From IMG/VR virus record IMGVR_UViG_3300037424_000509, positions 1 to 49,929 of that record: a stretch of 49,929 nucleotides of DNA, one strand, 5' to 3'. The notes under the pieces were generated by a model. That model had not been told where the DNA came from. It did no database searches and saw only the letters and a list, made by a program, of their open reading frames with translations. Shown one piece after another: positions 16,056 to 25,000 of the stretch. The first letter of the stretch is position 1. Every line of letters starts with the position of its first letter. Both the position numbers and the translations under genes were made by a program. Source of the stretch: a virus. Taxonomy: Duplodnaviria; Caudoviricetes.

Positions 16056-16498
16056 TATTCACCCCATACATCCCGATAACCTTCTGGGAACGGAAATGCC
16101 CATTTATCGGATTCTTTTTCGACATGGGACATTATATCGGCAGCCAAACTGTCCCATGATTCCCCGCCATTTATTCTGCGATCATGTAGGCCCATCGCAT
16201 AGTTCTCAAGCATTGTCAACTCCGCATTCAGCTCCGCAATGGTTGCATCCCCCCACAAATTAATACATTCCATGAGAAATGCCTGCGTGTGTGCAGCTAT
16301 AAATTGATTTATTCTTGAGCGCGCTCGATGCGGCATATCGATAGCCCTTTTTATTGCCGATTCCGCCCGCACAGGATCAATATCTTTAAGCGTTAAATAT
16401 TCTTCGATACTCTTTCTCGCTCCCGTGCGTATACCAAGATAAATCCAATTATTTAGTTGTTCCCCAATTTTACGTTTTAATATATTTGATACTGGCAT
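16055..16498 (-). CDS. Hypothetical helical protein
   Basis: AAGGAG RBS; TAATG-coupled to the DNRLRE gene. Confidence 0.65.
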   Translation of the reverse strand: MPVSNILKRKIGEQLNNWIYLGIRTGARKSIEEYLTLKDIDPVRAESAIKRAIDMPHRARSRINQFIAAHTQAFLMECINLWGDATIAELNAELTMLENYAMGLHDRRINGGESWDSLAADIMSHVEKESDKWAFPFPEGYRDVWGE

Positions 16499-16514
16499 AA
16501 TTGCTCCTTTGATA

Positions 16515-16763
16515 TTAAAAATAATTGATTACGTCCACTATCGGATTTCTAAAAGCATTGCCATTAAGCGGAACCCGTCCCTTATTGTGGCCAACTATGA
16601 AAGACGAAAACCGTATATATGGGCGGTCAACGGGAAGTGCCTGGAACGAATATTTTTTTATGAAAAGATCGCAGGCAATATCATTGGGGTGAATTATGGC
16701 ACGTTTTGTATGATAATGCTTGCATACTGTCCTTCGTGCCGAAATACAATGTCGACAAGTCAT
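16515..16763 (-). CDS. Small Cys-rich hypothetical protein
   Basis: MTCRHC...C..Y...ACDLF; ATGA overlap with the upstream lipoprotein gene. Confidence 0.45.
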   Translation of the reverse strand: MTCRHCISARRTVCKHYHTKRAIIHPNDIACDLFIKKYSFQALPVDRPYIRFSSFIVGHNKGRVPLNGNAFRNPIVDVINYF

Positions 16764-17053
16764 TGACATACAACTAAATCCTGATCCGCAACTTCCGCAC
16801 AAGATGTTGGACACTTCTCAAGAGGTTCCCATTTTTTATGCCCATTGCAAATCATCCGGTATAGACCAAAGCAAATTTCTTTTTCTGATTGTGGATCACA
16901 TTCCCCTGGCGCATTGAACTGCTGAATAAACCATACATCGAGAAGAATTTCCTGCTTGAAGGTCCGATCGTGCTCATTCCGGACCTGCTCAATCGTATAA
17001 CACGAGGAAATGAATATAAACAGAACCAAGATAATGGTTATTATTTTAGACAT
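16760..17053 (-). CDS. Small Cys-rich predicted lipoprotein
   Basis: AAGGAG RBS; MSKIITIILVLFIFISS-C lipobox-like; six further Cys. Confidence 0.65.
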   Translation of the reverse strand: MSKIITIILVLFIFISSCYTIEQVRNEHDRTFKQEILLDVWFIQQFNAPGECDPQSEKEICFGLYRMICNGHKKWEPLEKCPTSCAEVADQDLVVCQ

Positions 17054-17107
17054 CGTATATCTCCTTTTATATGCAAGTCATCTATGTGTCCCGGAAAAAA
17101 GAGCCGA

Positions 17108-17317
17108 TCATTGCACAGTGGGTTCCATGGTCAGAGCAAAACTTTTTTCAATTAAACGAAAATCAGGTAAGTTTGTTTTATTGACCCGCTCGTTCACATC
17201 GCAGACACATTGATAAATTCCTTGGAATAGGCTTTTCTCTTGTTCTCCGAAATTCTGCATTTCATGTATCATGATGCTACCCCCAATCCTTATAATCGTA
17301 ATCTTTGGGACGTTCAA
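17108..17317 (-). CDS. Small hypothetical protein
   Basis: ORF track; true start probably near 17275. Confidence 0.4.
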   Translation of the reverse strand: MNVPKITIIRIGGSIMIHEMQNFGEQEKSLFQGIYQCVCDVNERVNKTNLPDFRLIEKSFALTMEPTVQ

Positions 17318-17477
17318 CTATGATTGCCATGATATCTTCAATCAAGGTTTGACACCGCTCATTGGCACATGTATGGTTTTTATCCCTGCATTTGAGCGGA
17401 CATATTCGAGCCCGTAATTCCTTATAGGTTTCTAGCTGTTCCAGAGTGTATTTGCTGAGATTTCTCATGGCTTGCAC
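17277..17477 (-). CDS. Small Cys-containing hypothetical protein
   Basis: 66 aa, overlaps the end of the upstream gene. Confidence 0.5.
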   Translation of the reverse strand: MQAMRNLSKYTLEQLETYKELRARICPLKCRDKNHTCANERCQTLIEDIMAIIVERPKDYDYKDWG

Positions 17478-17893
17478 CGTATATCATGGCATCGTTCCTT
17501 GCAATCTTTCAATTCTCGTTCCCGCACTTCTGATTCGTGGGTGACATCATTATTGAGGATCTTAATAGATTCGTCGTATTGGATGTTGGTTTGATCAATA
17601 AGCTCAAGGCGGTCGGAGAATCGTTCAAATTCTTCGGCGTTGTGGTGCATAAGTTCGGCTGCGAACTGTTTATTATCTTTGTTAAGTCCGGCGGTAAATG
17701 CTTGATATTCTTTTCTAAGACCGTCAATTTTTGATTCAACCCATATGAAGATGCCAATGACTGCTGAGATAAACGCGCCGAAAAGAATATACAGAACCCG
17801 CTCATTATAAGCAACACCGCTAGAGATAACAGCAACCTGCTGTTTGATCTCAAAAACCAACTGTAGAATCTTTTCCTGGAAGTTATTATCCAT
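17465..17893 (-). CDS. Single-TM coiled-coil protein (holin-like architecture)
   Basis: TM VLYILFGAFISAVIGIFIW followed by a charged coiled coil. Confidence 0.55.
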   Translation of the reverse strand: MDNNFQEKILQLVFEIKQQVAVISSGVAYNERVLYILFGAFISAVIGIFIWVESKIDGLRKEYQAFTAGLNKDNKQFAAELMHHNAEEFERFSDRLELIDQTNIQYDESIKILNNDVTHESEVRERELKDCKERCHDIRCKP

Positions 17894-17923
17894 GATTTAT
17901 CAGTGTTCACCGGGATCCTCCGG

Positions 17924-18211
17924 TTAGCTTGTTCTTATGATAAAAAACTTGGCCATCAGTACCGTTCCGGTGAGCTGTACTCCTCCCTCCAGCCGCAGCG
18001 GGGCCTTGGTGAGATCCAGCGGAGATCCCGTCAGGGTTCCGGACTGAGCAACACCTGCACCATCATTGACAACCAGGCTTGACCCAGAAAAGGCCACATA
18101 TTCAAGGAACAAAATGCATTTAGCATCAATAAATGAAGGATTGGTACCGTTCAAGGTTAGTTGGTTATTTATGGAGCCACTGATGATATCATTTAAACAT
18201 AAAGTTCTCAT
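17924..18211 (-). CDS. Small beta-rich protein after the capsid gene (possible head decoration protein)
   Basis: AGGAG RBS, 95 aa, position downstream of the MCP. Confidence 0.5.
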   Translation of the reverse strand: MRTLCLNDIISGSINNQLTLNGTNPSFIDAKCILFLEYVAFSGSSLVVNDGAGVAQSGTLTGSPLDLTKAPLRLEGGVQLTGTVLMAKFFIIRTS

Positions 18212-18234
18212 GCTTGGATGCTCCTGGTAGTATA

Positions 18235-18265
18235 AATCAGGCCCCTGTCATCCAGGGGCCTGATT
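18235..18265 (-). terminator. Intrinsic terminator after the major capsid gene
   Basis: Perfect 13-bp stem aatcaggcccctg/caggggcctgatt, 5-nt loop, AT-rich flanks on both sides. Confidence 0.85.
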
Positions 18266-18287
18266 ATTTATTTTCAGTTGCTGCCGA

Positions 18288-19781
18288 TTAGAAGTTAAGG
18301 AACTTGTTTGCCGACTGTAGAGCGATCGGCACGTTCTTAAATTCGACGAACCGGAGCGGCGCGTAAAACTGTGGCGTCGCGTAAAGAGACACGGTGCCCC
18401 ATCTCCAGGGACCGATCCTCGCGTATTCCTGGGAGAACAACGGTGCCAGCCGTTTGAGCATGAAAGTCCGCTCCTCGCCTATGCTTGTCAGGTCGAGCAG
18501 GAACATCCGGGCCGTACCAGGTATGTTGATGTTCTTATCGACGTAGTTCATCGGAGATGCGGTATAAGCTACCCGGTCGATGAGCTTGAAGTCTCCGCTG
18601 GCGCATACTTGCTCGGAGTAGATTTCGTGATAGGTCGGTACTGCACCCGTGCCCGCCTTGGTAATGGCCAGTGTGTTGGATCCACCCGGCACAATATAGT
18701 TGGTGCTGCCAGCGTTGGCCGACGCACATGCGATCGAGAGGCCGAACCTGTTACCAGCCGCTACCCGGTAGTTATACAGCAAGTTTCCGGTAGGACGCAT
18801 CCCGGTTGCCGCCCATTTGGAGCCAGAGACACTGGCTTGAGTCGTCACGGCTATAGATGGAGTATCGGGTGCGCCGGAGTTGAGTTTCCCTTCAATCAGG
18901 CTCTTTTTGTTAGCGGGATCCTGAATCTTAGGAACGCCACGAGCTTCGTATTCCGCAGCGAGGAAAATGTCGGTCTTGGGAACGAGCGAACCGAACGGAG
19001 TGTCAATGGAAACGACCTTGCCGCCCAGGTTGTAAGCCCCACCCGCTCCGAACTGCGTGACTTCACGCTTAAAGCTCGCACCGACAAGCTGATTGAGGGT
19101 GGAAATACCGCCCGGAGAGCAGTAAAGGGCCGCACCGTCGACATTGCCAAAATTGGCGATGATGAGTTCCGCTGCGTCTGAGAACGCCCGCTCAGTCGGG
19201 GTCACGCCACGGAAATCAACCACATGGTCGACTGAGCCGTTGTTTTCGATGACTTTAGCAAATCCATCGATTTGTTCAGCCACCATAGCGGAGTTGCCGC
19301 TATACAGTGAGCTGTTGTAGGCCCTCAAGCAACGCATTGATGCGGCTTCTTTCTGGGCTTTTTCAGCCGGGGTGATAACGCTCACCATGCCGGCCACGTC
19401 AGAGAATTTCCACATCTGACGGTTAAATTTTACGATGCTGAACTCCCTGGAGAACTGAGCATCGGCTTCGACCGGGTTCTCGGACTGTTGTACCCACCCG
19501 CCGTTGTCCTGGCCGTAACCGAACTGAGCTGCGTATTCCTCAATAGTCGAGGTTGCGCCGCCTTTCGCTATATCCCGCCAGAGCGTGAGCTTCTTGTCGG
19601 TTGCTGTCAGCATGGCCAGTGTAGTTTCCATGCTTTGAAGCTGCAGGGATTGAAAATCGGTCATGCCCGCGATATTGGTCACGCCCGTATTGGCTTCCAG
19701 TGCCTTGGTCAACTGTTGAAGTTGAGCATAGGTACTGCCGTCAAACCCTTCGTAATTAAAGTCATTGAGATTGAAATCCAT
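18288..19781 (-). CDS. Major capsid protein (SPO1/K/A511-like)
   Basis: LTKALEANTG..IAG...QSLQLQSMETTLAMLT...LTLWRDIAK..ATSTIEEY N-terminus resembles herellevirus-type MCP precursors; follows protease and scaffold; followed by a terminator. Confidence 0.9.
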   Translation of the reverse strand: MDFNLNDFNYEGFDGSTYAQLQQLTKALEANTGVTNIAGMTDFQSLQLQSMETTLAMLTATDKKLTLWRDIAKGGATSTIEEYAAQFGYGQDNGGWVQQSENPVEADAQFSREFSIVKFNRQMWKFSDVAGMVSVITPAEKAQKEAASMRCLRAYNSSLYSGNSAMVAEQIDGFAKVIENNGSVDHVVDFRGVTPTERAFSDAAELIIANFGNVDGAALYCSPGGISTLNQLVGASFKREVTQFGAGGAYNLGGKVVSIDTPFGSLVPKTDIFLAAEYEARGVPKIQDPANKKSLIEGKLNSGAPDTPSIAVTTQASVSGSKWAATGMRPTGNLLYNYRVAAGNRFGLSIACASANAGSTNYIVPGGSNTLAITKAGTGAVPTYHEIYSEQVCASGDFKLIDRVAYTASPMNYVDKNINIPGTARMFLLDLTSIGEERTFMLKRLAPLFSQEYARIGPWRWGTVSLYATPQFYAPLRFVEFKNVPIALQSANKFLNF

Positions 19782-19834
19782 TGTTGATTGCCCCCTTATT
19801 CCTGTTAATTCCTGTTTATTCCCTTGTATTCCTG

Positions 19835-20704
19835 TTATGCCTTTTGTGCCGGTTGGTCCTGTGCGTATTTTTCAGCGATTCTGTCGATGTCCTTGAGAAC
19901 TTCAGGAGACAACAGGTTCATGTTGCCCTTGCAGGTATCAAGATACACGGCTACGTTCATCGCACCGATATCGCCATCATCAACGGCCTTAAGGATCATG
20001 CGCCGCTTGGCGTGAAAATCCATGTCCGCTGCTTTTTTCAATCCTTTCAGTTCGGATTGATCGTTGGCTTTTTGCATTGTCGCGGAAACAGATTTTTTGG
20101 GATCTACGATAACTTCATCGGCTGACTTGTCAGCATGAGCTTTGGCCAACACTTTAGCGGATGCTTTGGCAAGCTCGTTGTTAACCGCGATTCCCTGGCT
20201 GACTTTCTCAAGACCATCGGTAAGGGCATCAATAGCTTTCAGGATGCCATCATTGAACGCGATCTGGGCCTTGACGAAGTTCGTGCCATCCTCAATGAGC
20301 ACACCCTCGGTTTCTTCCATGTCCATCTCGCCCGCCGCATCATCTGATGCTTTTTTAAGATACCCCAACTCTTTGGCGTATTTTTTGGCGGCTTCCGGGT
20401 TCTCCGTCATACACTTTTTCAGGTACTTTCTCATATAGGCGGCGTCGTAGTCTTTGGCGTCTTTGTCGTCGTCCGCTTTTTTGAGACTCTTGTCCTCAAC
20501 GATAGACTTGGCATCGGGTTCCTTCGTATCTTGCGATTTGTCGTCGTCACCCTTCTTCTCGTCTTCGCCCTTTTTGAGATTCTTCTTCAGGTCCTTTTCT
20601 TCGTCTTCTTCCTGATCCTTGTCTTGATCTTCATCATCATCCGCTGCTTTCAAAAGATTATTCAAGTTTTCAAGGTCTTGGTCTTTTTCTTGGTCATGCA
20701 TCAT
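19835..20704 (-). CDS. Probable capsid scaffolding protein
   Basis: Acidic, helical, lies between protease and MCP; many [LFMI]xKA sites. Confidence 0.7.
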   Translation of the reverse strand: MMHDQEKDQDLENLNNLLKAADDDEDQDKDQEEDEEKDLKKNLKKGEDEKKGDDDKSQDTKEPDAKSIVEDKSLKKADDDKDAKDYDAAYMRKYLKKCMTENPEAAKKYAKELGYLKKASDDAAGEMDMEETEGVLIEDGTNFVKAQIAFNDGILKAIDALTDGLEKVSQGIAVNNELAKASAKVLAKAHADKSADEVIVDPKKSVSATMQKANDQSELKGLKKAADMDFHAKRRMILKAVDDGDIGAMNVAVYLDTCKGNMNLLSPEVLKDIDRIAEKYAQDQPAQKA

Positions 20705-20711
20705 GGCCTCC

Positions 20712-21590
20712 TTATGCTATTTTTAATATATCTTTAGCCCCGCTTCTTACTGTCTGTTGGTAAGATTTGTATATGGCCTGGGTTTCTTCATCACTCAGGC
20801 CCATATCACGCAGGTATGCTTTTACAGCTTTCGCGGTTGGTTGGATTGTTTTACCGATGATTGCCTTGACGATCTTGGCAATAGCACCCTTGCTCCCGCC
20901 TTCAATGCTCTGCTTGCGAATAGCATCGTGGCCGGTCAATCCCACGATATCCGTGGCCGTGCCAGCTTCCATAGCCTTGAGAATTTGGTCGGCATCGAGA
21001 TGAATTATTTCGTAATTTTGTACGAATGAGTCCATGTCGGAAAACTGCAGGATATCATCGTCCCCGTCCTTGGCTTTCACCAGGGAAACGGCGGATCCGC
21101 CGGATATGACATAGGGGAGCGGCGCGATGGCCAGGTGTTGCCAGATCATGCTGGTTACTTTTTCTTTTACGCGGCCCAATTTCGCGTCAAAAGCCTTCTG
21201 CATTTTGGCTATTTTACCGCCTACGCTGGCCCCAAAGACCTCGTTACCAGCCTCCAGGTGGGGGAGAATATAATCACGAACTATCGGATGGGCTTTGGTA
21301 AGATCTGCATAAACAACTGGCAGGCCATCTTCCCATGCAAAGGACACGGGCTTGCCCAGGACAGCCCCCGCCTTTTCTTCCATGGTCCTGCCGGTCTGAG
21401 TCTTATGAAACCACTCGATAATGCCTTCTTTCAGGAAGTTGGCCACCGTCTCTTTGTTGAATGCCTGGGGGACAATCTGTTGGTACTCTTTATCAGGCTG
21501 CATCATGTTGGCAACCATGCGGACCCGGACGGTTTTATCATTTTCCTCTCCAGCTTTCTGCAGGGACCATCGGCCAATTTGTATTTGCAT
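20712..21590 (-). CDS. Prohead (capsid maturation) protease
   Basis: DKEYQQI, IEWFH (candidate catalytic His), FGASVGG (candidate catalytic Ser), HLAIAPLP; GGAG RBS favours ATG 21590. Confidence 0.8.
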   Translation of the reverse strand: MQIQIGRWSLQKAGEENDKTVRVRMVANMMQPDKEYQQIVPQAFNKETVANFLKEGIIEWFHKTQTGRTMEEKAGAVLGKPVSFAWEDGLPVVYADLTKAHPIVRDYILPHLEAGNEVFGASVGGKIAKMQKAFDAKLGRVKEKVTSMIWQHLAIAPLPYVISGGSAVSLVKAKDGDDDILQFSDMDSFVQNYEIIHLDADQILKAMEAGTATDIVGLTGHDAIRKQSIEGGSKGAIAKIVKAIIGKTIQPTAKAVKAYLRDMGLSDEETQAIYKSYQQTVRSGAKDILKIA

Positions 21591-21601
21591 CAAAACTCCA
21601 T

Positions 21602-21657
21602 AAAAAAAGCCATAGGAAGTATTTGCTCTATGAGCATTATTTCCTATGGCTTCTTTT
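21602..21657 (-). terminator. Long hairpin plus U7 tract abutting the protease RBS (attenuator-like)
   Basis: AAGCCATAGGAA..TGCTC ATA GAGCA..TTCCTATGGCTT TTTTT, then ATGGAG. Confidence 0.75.
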
Positions 21658-21786
21658 CGCCATCTAAGCTATAACCTAATTCTCCGGACTGACATGGGGC
21701 CAAGTGGTACTTGACCCCATTGCCGGACGGCGGGTTACACCGTTTTTCAAAAGCATATCATGGAAGAAGTTAAACTATATACTTTT

Positions 21787-21820
21787 AACGTAAGTATAAA
21801 AATTCAATTCGTCAATAGGC
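21787..21820 (-). promoter_or_regulatory. Promoter upstream of the head operon
   Basis: GCCTA-TTGACG, 17 nt, TACGTT-AAAA; same layout as 35097..35131. Confidence 0.5.
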
Positions 21821-21843
21821 AACTCGATGATAAGAATAAAAAT

Positions 21844-22077
21844 TTAATGAATCAGCACCGTATCACCCTTGCGACCAGGCCGAGAGAGATTCATGGCCCC
21901 ACATTTGCAGGTCACCACAAAATACTTCTCCTTGTTATGGTACTCGGTATAGCCCTTAAAAATAGTGCGCTCACCGGATTTAATGATGATCGCTGCACCA
22001 CAGGCTTTGCAGCGCAGCGTTTTCGGTGGCTTCTTGGATCTCTTTGGGCGTATGTATTCCGTTGTACTATCGACCAT
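21844..22077 (-). CDS. Com-like Zn-ribbon protein
   Basis: LRCKACGAAI...VVTCKCGAMN resembles the Mu Com zinc finger. Confidence 0.55.
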   Translation of the reverse strand: MVDSTTEYIRPKRSKKPPKTLRCKACGAAIIIKSGERTIFKGYTEYHNKEKYFVVTCKCGAMNLSRPGRKGDTVLIH

Positions 22078-25000
22078 TCGTTACCTTTTTGGCTTCCTGT
22101 TGTGCCTGTTGCTCTTTACTCTTGGCCTCTTGTTTTTTCTTCACGGCCTCGCCCTTCCTTGCCGTGTCCTCGCCGGCAGTATGTACGGTGTCCACCGCTT
22201 CGTCCGCTCCACCATGGCCAGAAAATGTTTCGGTCAGGGTAGTAATAAAATTCTTGATCGCGTTTTTGACCCGTTCCCGGCCTGCTTTTTTGGCTTCCTT
22301 GACCGTTGCGTCCTTTTGAATCTGGGCATTGTTAATCCGCTGCATATGGTTTTCGAGCCGCATTTTTTCCAGGGCGAGCTTGGTAAACTTATCCTTGGAC
22401 CCGTCCTTATTGGCCTGGATATCATCCGGAGAGTATGACGCCTGCAGCGTATCAAGCTGGGCTGATACCTCCTGCTGTTTTTGCTTTAGGATCCCCAGAA
22501 CTTCCTCCGGCTTCTTATCCTGTGCCAGCTTTTTGTCCTTCCCCTGGTACTCACCCTTCTTTTCCTTGGGTCCGGGTTCCGGCTGGTCTGGGGCTACCCA
22601 TACAGTCTGTTTTTTTCCAAGCTTATTGGTTATAACCTTTTTCTGGAGACGGCCCCGATTCGTGGCTTTAAGTAATTCAGCACACTCGCCGGGGATTCCG
22701 GTCGTGGTAGGCATCTGAACGAGATAAAGTTTGCCGTTCCGGAGTTGTATCCGGGCCTTAAGTATGGTATTTGAAGTGAAAAACATGGTCAGTGCCTTTT
22801 TTAGTTCCTTGTATTTTATGGTCTTGAGCAACAGGTCCGTGTATGTTTGAACAGACTTCTCGACCGTGGGGACCTCTTTCTCGTTAGCTTTAATATCCCG
22901 CTTTGCCTTTTCAATGAGCCGCGGCAGTTCCGCTTTCATGGCCTTCTCTCGTTCTACCAGTTTTTCAATCTCTTGTTCCTGCTTTTTGACTTCCATCGGG
23001 ATCTGCTCGGCGGTAATACCCATGTCTTTGAGCTTGGCATTTATCCGGTCAATTTGGTCATTGATCTTTTTAATATCCATGTTATAGCCCCGGATTTGGT
23101 CCTTTGCCCGCTTGACATAGCTTAATTCGTTATCTAACTCGCGCTCGGCCTGCTGCCGGTATGTTGCATGAGGATCTTTTTCGCCCTTCTTAACTTTGGG
23201 AATCGCATCGTACCGCTCTTTGACCTCATCATAATCCTTTTGATACGTTGCCAGGGTCCGATCGCTACGCTCAATGTCATCCTTGACCGATGATATCCGG
23301 TAGGCAGCGTTTCCCAGGTCCTCTTTATTCTTATTCAGCATATCGATTCCGATACGGATATCGCGCTTGTCATTGTCAATTTTTTCGAGCTCAAGGTCCA
23401 ATTGGAATTTGGCCCGCTTCTCGGGATCCTTGATGAGCGAGAATTTAAGCTCCTCGGCATTGATATCCTCGACGTTCAGATTATCGCCCTTATAACTCCA
23501 TACCTGCTCGAAGCGCGCTCCCTTCTCGTCGTGCTTTTGATACATGGCACTGTCCACGGAGTTGATGATCTGGGGATAGACAATATGGACGTTCTCCTGG
23601 AGATTTCCCTGTCGCCAGATTCGGCCCTTGACCTGGGTGCGCTCTGACGGATTCCATCCCAAAAGGGTGTTATATAGGATAGCACTGTTACCGTTCAGGT
23701 TGATGCCTTCTTTAATGGTTTCAGATCCTATCAGGACCTTAATTTTTCCCTTGGGATCGTTAAATTCGGCTTTGATCGTCTCGACCTTATCCCGGCCCCC
23801 TGCCATCTGTGAGTGGATCGTGGCGATCGCATCACGCGGGATTCCTTTGGATATCAGGTAAGAAACGACCTCACCATAATGTTCAATGCCCCGCGGCATA
23901 TAAATGACCTGCCCTACTTCGGGCCGCTCCTTATACACATTGGCGGTGACATCAGCCACAAATTTGAGTTTAGGAGAATCCTCGACAAGTTTGGTGTCGG
24001 ATATATCGATGCCCTGGTGATATTTATCAAAATTGACCATTTTCATACTCATGGTGGACATTCGCATGTTGTTGATGGCCTTGAGTGCTGCGCCTGGCTC
24101 CTCGTCTTTATCCGCTTTAAACCGCTCCTGTTCCGCCATCATTAAGGCCCGCTGATCGGCGGTCATCGGCAGTTCGACGATATGGTTAAAATCTCTGGGC
24201 CGCTCAATGCCCGCTTCCTCACCGTCGATTTTATCAATATACTCGATAATGAGATTCTGGAGTTCACCCAAGTTTTGAAATTCCTTCATAACCGCTTTTT
24301 TCTTGATGGTCCCGTCTGTGGCTGCCACCCACTCGGTTTTGAGCTTGGCAAACTTGGCCATGAACTCATGGAGGTTATAAATGCCGAGCTGCTTGAGTTT
24401 TTTCCTGGCCACTAGGGAGAGAATGTTATATATCTCCAGGGGTGAGTTCGTGAACGGGGTGGCGGACAGTGCAAAAACATTCCGGTCGTTATTGTTTTTC
24501 TGAATATACTGTGTAACCGCGAACATTTTCATGGCCCGGTCTGACTGCGACCCGGTAATGTCACCAAATTCGTTGGCCATCGCCTGCCCTTCCTTGCCAG
24601 TCGGCTTGGCGCGGGCGAATACATTTTTGAAGTTATGTACCTCGTCAATCGTGATATGGTCAAAACCTAGATCCTCAAAGTAAATCATATTGTCTTTGGT
24701 TTTGGATCCCCGGCCCACCATTTCTAATATTTTTTCGGTTTGCTGGGCCTCCTCGCGTGGCGTCATTCCTTCTTTGGTTGTCTGCTGAGAATCCAACATG
24801 TCCTGGGCGATGCCACCCACGATTATTTTGTCACCTACAATACCCAACGTCTCATCATGAAATGTCATGTTCTGCAGGGCTTCATAGGTCATAACAGAGA
24901 GAGTTCCTTCCTCAATGACCGGCGGATTGCCGTTGGTAATATACTGAGACCCCAGGTTTCCCAACTCATTAATTTTAATGTTCGGAAACAGGTCCCGGAT

